From a virus (Duplodnaviria; Caudoviricetes): a stretch of DNA of 64,000 nucleotides. The number at the start of each line of letters is the position of its first letter. Position 1 is the first letter of the stretch. Below the pieces are notes generated by a model that saw nothing but the letters and a program-made list of their open reading frames with translations, was not told where the DNA came from and ran no database searches. The stretch lies in the IMG/VR virus record IMGVR_UViG_3300048881_000780; one strand, given 5' to 3'. Positions 8,245-18,781 of this stretch are shown here, one piece after another. The position numbers were made by a program, and so were the translations under genes.

Positions 8245-10131
8245 TTAGAGCATTTTTTTCATTTCTTCGATAGCGATAATCTCAGTGCCATTCTTCTTTG
8301 CTTTGGTTATTTTACTTGAAGTCCCGTTTACATCCTTTACTACTAGATAACTTAAATCCTTAGTAACAGATGATTTAATCTCTGCTCCAAGTGAAACTAA
8401 TTTTTCTTGAGACTCAGCATCTCTAAAACCAGTAAAGCAAAAGGTCTTTCCTGACAATTTACCGTCACTAACTACTTCAGTTATTGTAACGAACTTCAGT
8501 AGCTCATCGATAAGCTTTTCATTATCTTTAAGACCCTCAATTAAACAATTTGCAGTAATTTCAGCAATGCCATCTACTTTTGACAATTCTTCAACGGTTG
8601 CACCTCTTAAATCTTTTAGAGTTGGATAAACTGTCATGGCCTTTTTAGTAGAAGATGAACCAAAACCATTAATTGATAAACTTTTAATGAATTGAGGAAG
8701 TGCTACACTCTTGCTTTTAAGTTCTAACTCTTTCATTAGCTTATCAACAACTTTAGAACTCATTTTCTCAAGAGTAGAAAATTTCTCTCTATCAACTGTG
8801 TATAAGTCAGCTGGGGTTTCTATTAATTTTGCATCCAGAAGTTTTTCAATAGTGGAAGAGGCCATTCCCTTAACTCCAAGAGCTTTTAAAAAGCCAATAA
8901 ACTTACCAAGCGATTGACTTGGACACTCTTTTGAGTTCGGACAAAATAACTGGGCCTTTGAATCAGTAATTTCTTTATTGATTTCAGTAATATCACGATC
9001 ATCAAGAGTAATTTCATTCTTTCGGTCTACTAACTTAGTTGCGCTTCCACAACTTGGACAGATTCTTGGAATTTCAAAAGGCCCACTCTTATTCTCAATG
9101 AGTGCCCTGATTTTTGGAATTACATCATTTGCTCTAACTAACTCAGCTCTACATCCAGGGCCCAGTCCCATTTTAGCGATGAGAGCGGGATTATTTAAGA
9201 TAACTCTACTAACTGTAACACCAGCTAATTCAGTAGGTTCTAGTAGCCCCACAGGCGTTATAACGCCAGTTTTACCAACTTGCCAAACAATGTCCTTAAT
9301 TATCGTCTCAGAGGCCTGATCGGCGAATTTAAAGGCCCTCGCGGCCCTTGGGCGATTAGATACAATACCTAATTTCTCAAAGTGGACTAAATCATCAGCG
9401 TCAAATACAATTCCATCAACCTCATAAGGTAGAGAGTTTCTATCTTGGGTTGCTTTTAGCACAACCTCTTTGAGTTCACTTCTCTTTACTTTTCCGTAAT
9501 TGGGCATTTCAAAACCAAGCTCTTTTAGATCATTAAATTTATCAAACTTAGAAGTATACTCTTTGTTTTCATCAATAATATCAAAAGCAATACATCTTAA
9601 GTGTTCACAATTTGTTCCATCAAGTTTATTAACCGCTCCAGTCGCAGCGTTTCTTGGGTTCTTTTTATCACTAAAGTGCTTCTGCCAATCTGAGATATGA
9701 AGGATATACTCACACCTTACGACCACTCTACCCTTTCTTTTGATAGTTTTTGGAACATTCATTTTTAGAACATTTGGCGTAATATTATTCCCAACCTCTC
9801 CATTCCCGCCTCTTGTGGCCCCTTGAATGAGCTTTCCATCTTGATAAGTTAACTCACCCGAACTACCATCCAGCTTGTCACTCCATAGGATAAAGTCTGA
9901 ACCATACTTAAGGGCCCATTCGTTTAGTTCATCGACATTATTCTTTATTTTTAATAGAGAACCCATAAAGATACTTAATTTAACCTGAGGCCAGACGCTA
10001 TTATCCTCAATTTCAGTATCAATATCTGAAGCATTTAGGCCAAACATCTCATCATATTGAGAATCACTAATTATTGGATTACCTTCTCTATAGGCCTTAT
10101 CTGCCTGCTCTTTTGTGATTTTCTTAGTCAT
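8245..10131 (-). CDS. ligA: NAD-dependent DNA ligase
   Basis: KLDG adenylation motif, NPRNAA, DGIV, VGKTGVITPV, C4 zinc finger, HhH, BRCT (FCFTG, SVTK). Confidence 0.95.
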   Translation of the reverse strand: MTKKITKEQADKAYREGNPIISDSQYDEMFGLNASDIDTEIEDNSVWPQVKLSIFMGSLLKIKNNVDELNEWALKYGSDFILWSDKLDGSSGELTYQDGKLIQGATRGGNGEVGNNITPNVLKMNVPKTIKRKGRVVVRCEYILHISDWQKHFSDKKNPRNAATGAVNKLDGTNCEHLRCIAFDIIDENKEYTSKFDKFNDLKELGFEMPNYGKVKRSELKEVVLKATQDRNSLPYEVDGIVFDADDLVHFEKLGIVSNRPRAARAFKFADQASETIIKDIVWQVGKTGVITPVGLLEPTELAGVTVSRVILNNPALIAKMGLGPGCRAELVRANDVIPKIRALIENKSGPFEIPRICPSCGSATKLVDRKNEITLDDRDITEINKEITDSKAQLFCPNSKECPSQSLGKFIGFLKALGVKGMASSTIEKLLDAKLIETPADLYTVDREKFSTLEKMSSKVVDKLMKELELKSKSVALPQFIKSLSINGFGSSSTKKAMTVYPTLKDLRGATVEELSKVDGIAEITANCLIEGLKDNEKLIDELLKFVTITEVVSDGKLSGKTFCFTGFRDAESQEKLVSLGAEIKSSVTKDLSYLVVKDVNGTSSKITKAKKNGTEIIAIEEMKKML

Positions 10132-10135
10132 TTTA

Positions 10136-10381
10136 TTAATCCTTTCTGAGAGTTTGAAGACTATCGAAAACTATTAAAGATTGTTTCTTCTTTAAATTTG
10201 GAATGGATGCTTTTAGATCATTGAATACTTTATCGATATCACATGACAAATGCGAATAAGAGTTAAGGTTATCCAAATTATTTTTCGTAACCTCACTTAT
10301 AGTCTCAGTATCAATATTAAATGATTTAACTCCAGTTACAAACGCTGTTCCAAATATTGAAAAAACTCTCATCTCACTCAT
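10136..10381 (-). CDS. hypothetical protein
   Basis: 81 aa; GAGGAG RBS; upstream of ligA. Confidence 0.6.
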   Translation of the reverse strand: MSEMRVFSIFGTAFVTGVKSFNIDTETISEVTKNNLDNLNSYSHLSCDIDKVFNDLKASIPNLKKKQSLIVFDSLQTLRKD

Positions 10382-10442
10382 CTTAACTCCTCTCTTTTGT
10401 ATAGAATAAGTTTAACATTCCAACCTCCAGAAGTAAAGATAT

Positions 10443-10459
10443 TTAACAAATTGCGTTAA
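10443..10459. promoter_or_regulatory. TTRAC-N7-GTTAA operator
   Basis: TTAACAAATTGCGTTAA; identical copy at 13227. Confidence 0.7.
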
Positions 10460-10506
10460 GAAATAAATTATGTTAAAATAGGTATATATCAAAAAGAGAG
10501 GACTGT

Positions 10507-10872
10507 ATGGGAAATTATTTTTTAGGTCTAATAGTAATTTGTGCATTTAGTGTAGCTCTAAATGTAAATTTGCTTACTTCCAAAGGTGAAACCTCGAATA
10601 TTGAAAAAGTAATATATATAATTAGCTGTGATGATCAACTTAAAGAAGAAGTGTTTGAACACTTTGAAAGATCCTCACACGGCGAGATGTATGCTTCTAA
10701 AAGTGGTGTCGCAACGGATCTTTCAAAATTTAAAGAGTGTCAGGTGGTAACAAGATCATATCTAACAGTTATTAAAGATGAGGGAACTGAATACGAGTCT
10801 GTTATGAATAAGATTAGCGAAAAGAAATCTATCTACTCTAACCCAGATTATACTATACCTATTTCTCTGTAA
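10507..10872 (+). CDS. exported/membrane-anchored hypothetical protein
   Basis: N-terminal hydrophobic segment; GAGG RBS. Confidence 0.65.
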   Translation: MGNYFLGLIVICAFSVALNVNLLTSKGETSNIEKVIYIISCDDQLKEEVFEHFERSSHGEMYASKSGVATDLSKFKECQVVTRSYLTVIKDEGTEYESVMNKISEKKSIYSNPDYTIPISL

Positions 10873-10880
10873 TCATCTAG

Positions 10881-10901
10881 CTATCTCTTTAAAAGAGATA
10901 G
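10881..10901. terminator. inverted repeat, possible terminator
   Basis: CTATCTCTTT-A-AAAGAGATAG right after the stop of 10507..10872. Confidence 0.4.
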
Positions 10902-11130
10902 TGCTAAAAGAGAGTATTTTAAAACTCTAAATACAATAACAATCAAAGCGAAGTGATTATCATCACTTGTCTTCTTTTTTAATAATTCTTCTGCCACGTC
11001 TAAAATTGTAATAATAAATAATTCTTCCATGACCATTAAATGGATAAAATTAATTAAAATATTGCTTTTTTCTAAATGAATACAAAGGAACCACTCTAGC
11101 TAGTGATAAAATTGTATAGAAGGAGAGTTT

Positions 11131-11739
11131 ATGAGTGAACTTTATGGGCTAACGACACTGGTCGGAATATTTTTAATTACTCTAGGGGCCATAAAGATCA
11201 TGGAGCTTTTACTTTTTAGAAAGGTTGAAATGAAAATAACTTTCAATGGAATCTCTTATCCAGTTAGAATTGATTATGAGTGCAAACCGCTTTCAAAAGC
11301 TTTCTTTAGTTGGAATAATGAAGAACACTTTATGAATCAAATAAAAAATAACTTAGAATTTGAAGATATGGATATACACAAACTGTCCTCTTTAATGAAT
11401 AACCCATATCACAATTTCAAACTTAAAGAGCTTGAGAGGGTCGGAATTAGAACTGTTGGCAAATTTGGAGAACGTAATGTATCTGGAATATTATTTACAA
11501 GACTAAAAAATAAAGAAAAACCACAAGAAGTCATCCGCATAAGATTTAGATTTGAGGCCAGTATTGATCCTGACTATGTCGCAGTAAAGAAATTTGGTGA
11601 AGTCATGGGAAACAATACGAAGCTAGAAGGTGAGTTTTTTACAAAGGAAGACATCGAAAATACTTTATTAGAAATCATAGAAAAACAATTTCCAAAGTCT
11701 AATCCTAAAGTATCGGTATCAGAAATAGAGGCATCTTAA
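11131..11739 (+). CDS. membrane-anchored NPxxNF-family protein
   Basis: N-terminal TM; MNNPYHNFKL shared with 35111, 35798, 36475. Confidence 0.7.
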   Translation: MSELYGLTTLVGIFLITLGAIKIMELLLFRKVEMKITFNGISYPVRIDYECKPLSKAFFSWNNEEHFMNQIKNNLEFEDMDIHKLSSLMNNPYHNFKLKELERVGIRTVGKFGERNVSGILFTRLKNKEKPQEVIRIRFRFEASIDPDYVAVKKFGEVMGNNTKLEGEFFTKEDIENTLLEIIEKQFPKSNPKVSVSEIEAS

Positions 11740-11813
11740 CGAAGGCGAGACAAGTATAAGTAAACGAGGAAACTCATAGAACCCCAACTAGAGCACCTTA
11801 TCGAAAATAGAGC

Positions 11814-11830
11814 TTAACACTTCTTGTTAA
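11814..11830. promoter_or_regulatory. TTRAC-N7-GTTAA operator
   Basis: TTAACACTTCTTGTTAA upstream of TGATATAAT. Confidence 0.7.
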
Positions 11831-11867
11831 AAATTATATACAAATAATAGAAATAGTGATATAATGG

Positions 11868-12030
11868 AGTTGAGTCTTTATTGTATTTTGGCAATAGAGT
11901 CTAACTTAGGTGAAGACCTAGCTCTGCGAATATCACTAGTTGATAGGCAAAACAATTTGAGAATTCATTAATTTTAAAACTAATAATTCTATACTTTGAC
12001 AACTCGCAGACTCAATTAATTTGTATAGTA
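11868..12030 (+). ncRNA. candidate conserved structured leader RNA, copy A
   Basis: TTGAGTCT/AGACTCAA closing stem; internal hairpins; similar to 31326-31480. Confidence 0.45.
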
Positions 12031-12042
12031 TTGGAGTTAGTT

Positions 12043-12774
12043 TTGAAAAATCTAAAAATCACCAACAAGAATGAACTTATTAAATTAAAAGAAGATTTCT
12101 CGAAAGAGTATAAGAAGTTCTTTAATCAAGATCTCAAGAATTCAAAAGTGGAACAATTTCTAGCACAACTATATGGGGCAAAGAACTTTAATACCCTCAT
12201 GGGATCTTTTGAAAATAGCGAAAATATCGAATTCAAATCTTTTGAAGAATTCCAATTATTTATTGAAGATCAGGAAAACCCATATTCTAAGAGAAAACTA
12301 GCGCTCGTTGAGTATTTTCCCTCTCCTTATATTGAAATAGAAGTTACTGAAAATTATGATAAAAGCGGAAATTTTAATACTAATAGAATTCATTATATAG
12401 ATGGTGACGCAATTGCCGATTGTGAAGAAATTTCTAAATTAAAGGCCTTTTTAAAGAATTTGAAGCTCTCTGGAAAAGAATCTGAGTTATCTATTATCTA
12501 TGCTCGCTTAATGGATTTAGATACTGATTATACGGCCCAGGCGATATTTCAAGGTTACGCTGGTGCAGACTATCTTGAATGGGAAGAGTGTATGAATAGT
12601 ATAATTAATACCTTTAATTTCTATAGAGAGATATTCAGTGGAGACCTCTTCGGTGCTCTAATGTTCTCTATGGATTTTCTATTATTTTGTAATGATGGTA
12701 TGATCAGCGATAGCGTTGTTACCCTACTCGATAATACTTTCACTCATGTCGATATAAATAGATCATTTTCATAA
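12043..12774 (+). CDS. hypothetical protein, paralog of 31492..32211
   Basis: Shared N-terminal domain NSKVE.F.A..YG.K..N.L.GSF.N; TTG start after GGAG. Confidence 0.75.
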   Translation: MKNLKITNKNELIKLKEDFSKEYKKFFNQDLKNSKVEQFLAQLYGAKNFNTLMGSFENSENIEFKSFEEFQLFIEDQENPYSKRKLALVEYFPSPYIEIEVTENYDKSGNFNTNRIHYIDGDAIADCEEISKLKAFLKNLKLSGKESELSIIYARLMDLDTDYTAQAIFQGYAGADYLEWEECMNSIINTFNFYREIFSGDLFGALMFSMDFLLFCNDGMISDSVVTLLDNTFTHVDINRSFS

Positions 12775-12782
12775 TTTGTGCT

Positions 12783-12823
12783 CTAAGTGGTGGTAAAATA
12801 TAACTATAATTATCACCACTTGG
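12783..12823. promoter_or_regulatory. inverted repeat overlapping promoter/RBS of 12832
   Basis: CTAAGTGGTGGTAA ... TTATCACCACTTGG. Confidence 0.4.
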
Positions 12824-12831
12824 AGATTTAA

Positions 12832-13230
12832 ATGAGTGAGATGTTAAATGACACGAGACTTCAATTATTGATGACAGGATACAATGACACTGTATTACTG
12901 GTGGTCCTTACTCTGGTACTCATCGGGTTGGGTTTATCCTTCATTCAAAAAAATCAAATTTCATTTCTTGTTCTATTAATTGCGACACCTATGGTGATTT
13001 TTATAAGTATCAAAACTGATCCAGTTTGTTTATCTAAAGCTCCTTTCATGAAAACTCAAGCGATTGACTTTTCAAAATATCTCCATAAATTCCCAGTGTA
13101 TGACTTAAAAAGTAAGAAGTTTGTCAAAGTTGACTATTCTGACTATAAGATAGTCAAGTGTTCCCTGGAAGATTTGGATACAATTAAGTCGAAAACATCA
13201 TTAATAAAAAAGATCAAAGGTCATTATTAA
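12832..13230 (+). CDS. two-TM membrane protein, paralog of 28563..29039
   Basis: P.CLSK..IDFSKY...P.YDLK.KKF...Y....VKCS shared. Confidence 0.7.
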   Translation: MSEMLNDTRLQLLMTGYNDTVLLVVLTLVLIGLGLSFIQKNQISFLVLLIATPMVIFISIKTDPVCLSKAPFMKTQAIDFSKYLHKFPVYDLKSKKFVKVDYSDYKIVKCSLEDLDTIKSKTSLIKKIKGHY

Positions 13231-13243
13231 CAAATTGCGTTAA
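13227..13243. promoter_or_regulatory. TTRAC-N7-GTTAA operator
   Basis: TTAACAAATTGCGTTAA. Confidence 0.7.
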
Positions 13244-13269
13244 AACATAAAACACGATAAACTAGATAC

Positions 13270-13461
13270 ATGAAAAATAGTCAAACCTATTCTATTCATG
13301 AGATCTTATTTGGTGAACAAATTCATCAAATGATCTTATCTAACTTGGCCTACTACTTAATGGGGTATTTCTTTCTAATAAGAGAAGCTAGTCTAAGTTT
13401 TTGGCTATGGGGCTTTATTTGCATACTTCTTTCAAGAATTAAGGTGACTAGAGTTAAGTAG
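13270..13461 (+). CDS. small membrane protein
   Basis: 63 aa, hydrophobic. Confidence 0.45.
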   Translation: MKNSQTYSIHEILFGEQIHQMILSNLAYYLMGYFFLIREASLSFWLWGFICILLSRIKVTRVK

Positions 13462-13566
13462 AAGTAACGGGGGATTTATGTTGTCAAATTTTAATGATTT
13501 ATTTTATAGCTCATACTCTGGCATTTCTCTACCTTCCCTATATTTTCTTTAAATAAGAGAGACTAT

Positions 13567-13866
13567 ATGATCACTCTAGATGATGACTGCATTTTTATTG
13601 ACGTTGACGATACTCTCATTCAAAAGATGACACCTAATTTCAATCTTATTGGAAAGATTAAGCAGTGGAAAGATGCTGGACGTACCATTATTGTATGGAC
13701 CAGTAATGCTGATGGAGTAAATCACGCTCTAAAGGCTATTAATCTTTGTCAAATAGAATATCTGGTTGATGTAGTTATGCCTAAACCTCGAACGATAGTT
13801 GATGACGATCACTTAGAGTATTACCAGGTAATCGATCCCGATACATTAACATGGAGAGACAAGTAG
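13567..13866 (+). CDS. minimal HAD-superfamily hydrolase
   Basis: FIDVDDTL, IVWTS, KP..IVDD motifs. Confidence 0.7.
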   Translation: MITLDDDCIFIDVDDTLIQKMTPNFNLIGKIKQWKDAGRTIIVWTSNADGVNHALKAINLCQIEYLVDVVMPKPRTIVDDDHLEYYQVIDPDTLTWRDK

Positions 13867-14492
13867 TGAAGCTTATAAAATTAAAAGAAAACCTTTTCCA
13901 AGTAGATTTTGATACTCAAAGAGAATTAACCAGAACAATGCTTCGTTTTCAAGAATTTTATGAGTCTCCAAAATTTAGAGGGAGAGCTTTTTCTTTAAGA
14001 GAATTTAAAGAATGGTATCGAAAAGAAAATGGCGTTTTTAATTATTACTCTTACTGGGAAGGGTTTAATTTTCCTGATTACATTGTAAATGATTTCAGAT
14101 TTGGAAAGTTTAAATATTTAACAAAAAGAGAGATGGACCTACTTAAAATATTACCAATCGGCTTTAAATACTATGTCATTGGAACTTTTAATGGTGGGGA
14201 TAACGATGTTATTGAGCATGAACTATGTCATGCCGAGTTTTATATAAATAGTAACTACGCTAAAGAGGTAACTGATCTCATACTGTCATACAAAAAAGAG
14301 ACACTTCCTCTAAGAGAATTCCTATCTAAAGAAGGTTATCACGATGGGGTACATATCGACGAGATCAATGCATATCTCGTAATAGATAAAGAGTTTCTAC
14401 TTGAAAAAGGGGTCTCTTTCCCTGGAAATCTTCAAGTAGAACTATCTAACCTAGCAAAAAAGTATAAGGTTCTGAAGATTTTAGATCAGTAA
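13866..14492 (+). CDS. HExxH-motif protein (putative zincin metallopeptidase)
   Basis: IEHELCHA and downstream DEINAY; GTG start coupled to upstream stop. Confidence 0.55.
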   Translation: MKLIKLKENLFQVDFDTQRELTRTMLRFQEFYESPKFRGRAFSLREFKEWYRKENGVFNYYSYWEGFNFPDYIVNDFRFGKFKYLTKREMDLLKILPIGFKYYVIGTFNGGDNDVIEHELCHAEFYINSNYAKEVTDLILSYKKETLPLREFLSKEGYHDGVHIDEINAYLVIDKEFLLEKGVSFPGNLQVELSNLAKKYKVLKILDQ

Positions 14493-14504
14493 AAAGGAGA
14501 TCAA

Positions 14505-14765
14505 ATGAAATATATTATCTTGTTATTAATTTCCTCACCTGTTTTTGCCATTAATATTCCAGTTAGTCGGGTTTGTTACAAAGTTAAATTAGTTGATTCT
14601 TCTGATGGTGGGACTTTTAGAGGTACCACTTTTTATAGTGGTGAAATCTGTAAAGAGACTTTTATGAAAGAGGCAATATGCTTTAGGAGTGGGTATAGAT
14701 ATGCCTTCTCCATTGATTGTAAAGTATTTGATCAGTACAAGGAAGAGGTTTCAAGTGAGTACTAA
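14505..14765 (+). CDS. small exported protein
   Basis: Signal peptide MKYIILLLISSPVFA; 4 Cys. Confidence 0.65.
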   Translation: MKYIILLLISSPVFAINIPVSRVCYKVKLVDSSDGGTFRGTTFYSGEICKETFMKEAICFRSGYRYAFSIDCKVFDQYKEEVSSEY

Positions 14766-14970
14766 AGTTACCATTGAATTTGATGATGAAGAAATGGCCA
14801 GCGCCTTTGTCGCGAACTTACTCGATGGCGGAGGGGGTCAACTTCTATGTGATTTTAACGAAAAAACAAATGAGCTTGAGTACTTTGATTTTGATAGTGA
14901 TAATTCAATAAAAGATAATAACGGACGCTATAAGACTTTAAGATATAGAAGAGCAAGTGAGGATAAGTAA
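14755..14970 (+). CDS. hypothetical protein
   Basis: GTG start after GAGG, within ORF 14689..14970. Confidence 0.55.
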   Translation: MSTKVTIEFDDEEMASAFVANLLDGGGGQLLCDFNEKTNELEYFDFDSDNSIKDNNGRYKTLRYRRASEDK

Positions 14971-15914
14971 TGGATACTCAAACTGAAAAAACGGAACTTA
15001 GTTTTAGTTTATCTGGAGAAAATTTCACTAGATATATTCGCGATCTTACTTTAGAACCCAACCTAACTAAAGCATGGAAAGTTTTTCAGCAAACTTTCTT
15101 GGATCTAGATTTAAGCACTCTAAAAGAAGCATTTACTCTAATAATTGATGGCAGCATGGAATTCACTGGTGTTAATAATCTGGAGTTGATTGAATCCGAC
15201 AATTGCTCTCTAATTGAGCAATTTAAAGAAAATCTCTTAATTTCTAAGGAAATTGGACATAATGATAGTTCATTCTTTACTAGAGAGCTTAAAACTCTTT
15301 TATTTATTGGTCATCTTCCTAAAGAAGAAAGGGATGAATTCTTTCTAGATATAGTAGCTGGAGAATTTTCAGATCAAGAATTTGCATGGATTACAGGTAA
15401 TGGTAAATTCATTCCTGTTTCTTATCAGGGACATATAGCAATGCTTGATAGAATTCGAAAAGAAGACCTAGTAGATGAAAAGTACCCTATCGGAGAAAAC
15501 CATTGGATTAAAATTACAACTGGAAATACCATTTTTTGCTTGGGCCAAAAGATTACCGATCAACAGAAAAATACTCTATGTAATTTTTTAAAGTTTAAAA
15601 AGAAAGACTTCTTTAGGTTTAACTCTGAGATTGAGATTATTGGATTTGGTTACGCTAAATTAGCTAATAATGAGGTTGAGCTGATTGACTTATGGGGAGA
15701 TGATCAAGACCTTGATAGAGAGAAATATCTCGAGCGCCCAAAGGGAGCAGTTAAAAGAGTTGATCTCGAACGTGCTCTGGTTCTTTATGGATACCAAGTT
15801 CCCCTATTTACTTATATAGATGGAGAATACAGACGACTTAAGTCCTGCGATTTTCACTATCGTGGAAGCAGGGAGATTTACTGCCAAGTTAGTGATTTAT
15901 ATGGCCACTTTTAG
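14970..15914 (+). CDS. hypothetical phage-type protein
   Basis: 314 aa; WI..NG.F......H motif. Confidence 0.7.
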   Translation: MDTQTEKTELSFSLSGENFTRYIRDLTLEPNLTKAWKVFQQTFLDLDLSTLKEAFTLIIDGSMEFTGVNNLELIESDNCSLIEQFKENLLISKEIGHNDSSFFTRELKTLLFIGHLPKEERDEFFLDIVAGEFSDQEFAWITGNGKFIPVSYQGHIAMLDRIRKEDLVDEKYPIGENHWIKITTGNTIFCLGQKITDQQKNTLCNFLKFKKKDFFRFNSEIEIIGFGYAKLANNEVELIDLWGDDQDLDREKYLERPKGAVKRVDLERALVLYGYQVPLFTYIDGEYRRLKSCDFHYRGSREIYCQVSDLYGHF

Positions 15915-15976
15915 TAACTGCTTGTAATTTATTCACAGGTTGATAAAAAATCTTTAGGTCGTGGTATTTAGTTTCC

Positions 15977-16879
15977 ATGATTTGTTATAGAGATTTTTTA
16001 CAAAGTCTTCACTCTAACTCCTGTCAGATTGTAAGATATCATAGTGACTTAGAAAGTCCTAAGTATATGCCCGCTAAAGAGCATGAAGTCGAGAAGGTTA
16101 CTGGGGCCTTAGTGGGAATGCTTGGGCCATCGAATATCTTTATTGTAGATAAATTTTCCAACGAATTTAAACACTCAGAATTAGACATTGATCTATCTTC
16201 AATCGAATTAGATCTGCCATTTCACAATATATTTATCGAATCAAGACCTGAGAATCAATTATTTTGGTCAGAAGAGTATATTATCTCCGGTCTCAATCTC
16301 TTATATAGTTCTACGACCGATGAATACTATTACATGATTGTTTCGCCAGGTAAGGTTATTGAAGATATTGATATTCCGCTTGGTAGATCTAGTACAGACT
16401 ATATTGACTATATCCCCAGGTGCTTTGTTGGGACATTTAAAATAAGTGAAATTGCAAAAGAGCTAAAGAGGACAACTGATTACGGGAATCACCCTGCATT
16501 TGCTTCATACGTACTAGCAAAGAAGTTCTGTGAATCTCTTGATCATAGCTCTTTTGCTAAAGAAGTGGTCTCAAAAGGGGTTAAAGTTCCAAAGAAGAAT
16601 AATCCTAAGAAGAGTAAAACTCAATATGTAGAAAAAGAGGTTATTTACATAAGTAGTGATCAGAATCAGAAGTACTTTAAGTCTCCCCTTTCTGGAAGAA
16701 CTGTTGAGTGGAAAGTTAAGTTTAAAAGAAGGGGTACCTGGAGAAAGATCTCTCCAAACAGCCTTGGAAAGAATCATAAGGGAGAGAGAGTTGTTTGGGG
16801 AAAAACTTGGGTAAAGGATTCAATTGTTAATGAAGATACCCTTTTACCAGATAAATCACAATTAAGAGTTTTTAGATAA
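15977..16879 (+). CDS. hypothetical phage-type protein with basic RRGxWR...WV C-terminus
   Basis: KRRGTWRK ... TWVKDSIV; 300 aa. Confidence 0.7.
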   Translation: MICYRDFLQSLHSNSCQIVRYHSDLESPKYMPAKEHEVEKVTGALVGMLGPSNIFIVDKFSNEFKHSELDIDLSSIELDLPFHNIFIESRPENQLFWSEEYIISGLNLLYSSTTDEYYYMIVSPGKVIEDIDIPLGRSSTDYIDYIPRCFVGTFKISEIAKELKRTTDYGNHPAFASYVLAKKFCESLDHSSFAKEVVSKGVKVPKKNNPKKSKTQYVEKEVIYISSDQNQKYFKSPLSGRTVEWKVKFKRRGTWRKISPNSLGKNHKGERVVWGKTWVKDSIVNEDTLLPDKSQLRVFR

Positions 16880-16996
16880 CCTTAATGGGTATTTAGCACA
16901 GTGATAATATTTCCCTGAATGATTAAGTGGTATTATATGAATTCAGAAACTTAATTAACTAACTACCGTAATCTTCTATTTTTAATAACCAACAAA

Positions 16997-17458
16997 TTAA
17001 CCTACATCCATAAAGTTATAAAGTTTAATTAAACATTCTTTAACTTCCTCGTCTTCGCAAGTGGTGATTTCATCTAGAAAGAATTCATTTAACTCTCTAT
17101 ACTTAGAAGTATTGGAAACAAAGTATTGATATAGGGCCCTATAGGAGGCTACCTTGATAAACTTCGACTCAATGGAAGCGAAATCCTTAATTCTCTCAAA
17201 GAGATTTTCATCCTTTCGTTCTCCTAGTATCCTTATGACTTCGGCCCTGCCTATTTCAGGTATGCTATCATCTAAGATTAGATCAATTACTAAATGATAT
17301 TTTTCCTTATCTAATGCTTTTAGAATGTTTTTTTTACTTGTTGGTCCAAATGTGTCGTTAAATCTCTGTTCAGATGATTTAACTTTAGAAATCATATTTT
17401 TGACAACAGTTTCTTGGTATTTCTTTTTCTTTACATTTTTTTTGTTTTTAGAGTTCAC
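16997..17458 (-). CDS. HEAT-like helical repeat protein
   Basis: RAEVIRILGE / KVASYRALY helices. Confidence 0.5.
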   Translation of the reverse strand: MNSKNKKNVKKKKYQETVVKNMISKVKSSEQRFNDTFGPTSKKNILKALDKEKYHLVIDLILDDSIPEIGRAEVIRILGERKDENLFERIKDFASIESKFIKVASYRALYQYFVSNTSKYRELNEFFLDEITTCEDEEVKECLIKLYNFMDVG

Positions 17459-17470
17459 TTAGTCATCCTG

Positions 17471-17656
17471 TTAATTGAGTGTTCGTTTAAATCTTCTCGT
17501 GCTTTTCCTTACATTCCTTGTCTTGGTAACTTTAACTTCCACTACTCCACACTCTTTTGAACAAGATATATTTTCCAATAAACTCTCTTCACTAGGAAAA
17601 ATCTTGTTGCCATTTCTTGATATACCTAATTCGTTATCGAAATCAGTCATATCCAT
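17471..17656 (-). CDS. hypothetical protein
   Basis: 61 aa in minus-strand run. Confidence 0.4.
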   Translation of the reverse strand: MDMTDFDNELGISRNGNKIFPSEESLLENISCSKECGVVEVKVTKTRNVRKSTRRFKRTLN

Positions 17657-17734
17657 AAACCCAGTTTTAGAGTCTAATTCTTCGACTCTCTTTAACTTTC
17701 ACTTCTTTACAATATTCTTCAAAGCTTATTATTT

Positions 17735-17971
17735 TCATTTAAGTAAATCCTTTAATAGAAATAGAAGACCTACTAATATAAATCCAAAAGTCATAACTGT
17801 TTCTGGACTAGTGATACAATCTATCAATTTATCTCTAGAAGACTTCTCTCTGGTTGGAGTTTTATCGACCCTATCTAATATCTCTATAGCTAATTTCTCA
17901 CTCTTGAGTCTAGAGAAACCTTCCACTAGTAAGATATTTTCTATTTCGTTTAATTTTTCTTCTTTAGTCAT
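17735..17971 (-). CDS. small protein with C-terminal TM
   Basis: Overlaps HD gene stop. Confidence 0.6.
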   Translation of the reverse strand: MTKEEKLNEIENILLVEGFSRLKSEKLAIEILDRVDKTPTREKSSRDKLIDCITSPETVMTFGFILVGLLFLLKDLLK

Positions 17972-18428
17972 TTAATTCTCTCAGGTTCTTGCAATACTTT
18001 TCAATTCTTCTACTTTCTCCACTTCTTAAGGAATGGATTAAGTTAGATGTACTGTCGGCAATTTTAACTCTCTTTGCGATATAATTAGTTTTTAGTTCTT
18101 TAATATATTTAGATCGGCTCTGATTTTTCTTCTTTGTTAGAAGATCAATTGATTTAATTAAATTATTCGGCACACCTAGTGAGCTTAATTTCTCGAGTGT
18201 AACATCTGTATCCTCTACTAGATCATGGCACTCTATAACAATTTTTTCTTCAATAGTAATACTTTTAAAGATCTCACAAAATGTATTTTTAACATGATTA
18301 AGGTGATAACCGTATGGAAAGGATAAATACATTTGATTTCTATGCTCTTCTCTAGCTAGCACAGTAACTTTAGTTAAAACTTCATTTAAATTATCAATTT
18401 TATCTTGAATGTCTTTTAAGCTACTCAC
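17964..18428 (-). CDS. HD-domain hydrolase (Mesh1/SpoT-hydrolase-like)
   Basis: AH-like EH..Q, PY..HL..V, HDLVEDT, LLTK, VKIAD...NL. Confidence 0.8.
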   Translation of the reverse strand: MSSLKDIQDKIDNLNEVLTKVTVLAREEHRNQMYLSFPYGYHLNHVKNTFCEIFKSITIEEKIVIECHDLVEDTDVTLEKLSSLGVPNNLIKSIDLLTKKKNQSRSKYIKELKTNYIAKRVKIADSTSNLIHSLRSGESRRIEKYCKNLRELND

Positions 18429-18476
18429 AATATCTCCAATTGTCTGGCATTTTACAATTATACATTAGTTCAGAAA

Positions 18477-18493
18477 TTAACACAATACGTTAA
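18477..18493. promoter_or_regulatory. TTRAC-N7-GTTAA operator
   Basis: TTAACACAATACGTTAA between divergent units. Confidence 0.7.
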
Positions 18494-18548
18494 AAAACCA
18501 TTTACATCCCTCAGTATTTCATGTATTATTTAATTGAGGGGAGAATCT

Positions 18549-18773
18549 ATGCTAAAGTCAAAATCTCATAAGAAGGCGATTTCAGATAAAGAGGTCGCTC
18601 AAGCTCAATTACAAGAGCTAGAGGATAAAGTTAGGCGTCTGATTTGGAATATAGCAAACCAAAGAGAGAAAGTTCCTTCAAATCTTCTATCTCTTGTGAA
18701 AGATATTTATCCTACTAGATCAAGCGAAGAACAAAGAGTTATCGTAGAGGGTTTTATAACTAACTTAAAATAG
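18549..18773 (+). CDS. hypothetical protein
   Basis: ATG after GAGGGGAG. Confidence 0.6.
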   Translation: MLKSKSHKKAISDKEVAQAQLQELEDKVRRLIWNIANQREKVPSNLLSLVKDIYPTRSSEEQRVIVEGFITNLK

Positions 18774-18781
18774 GATTACTT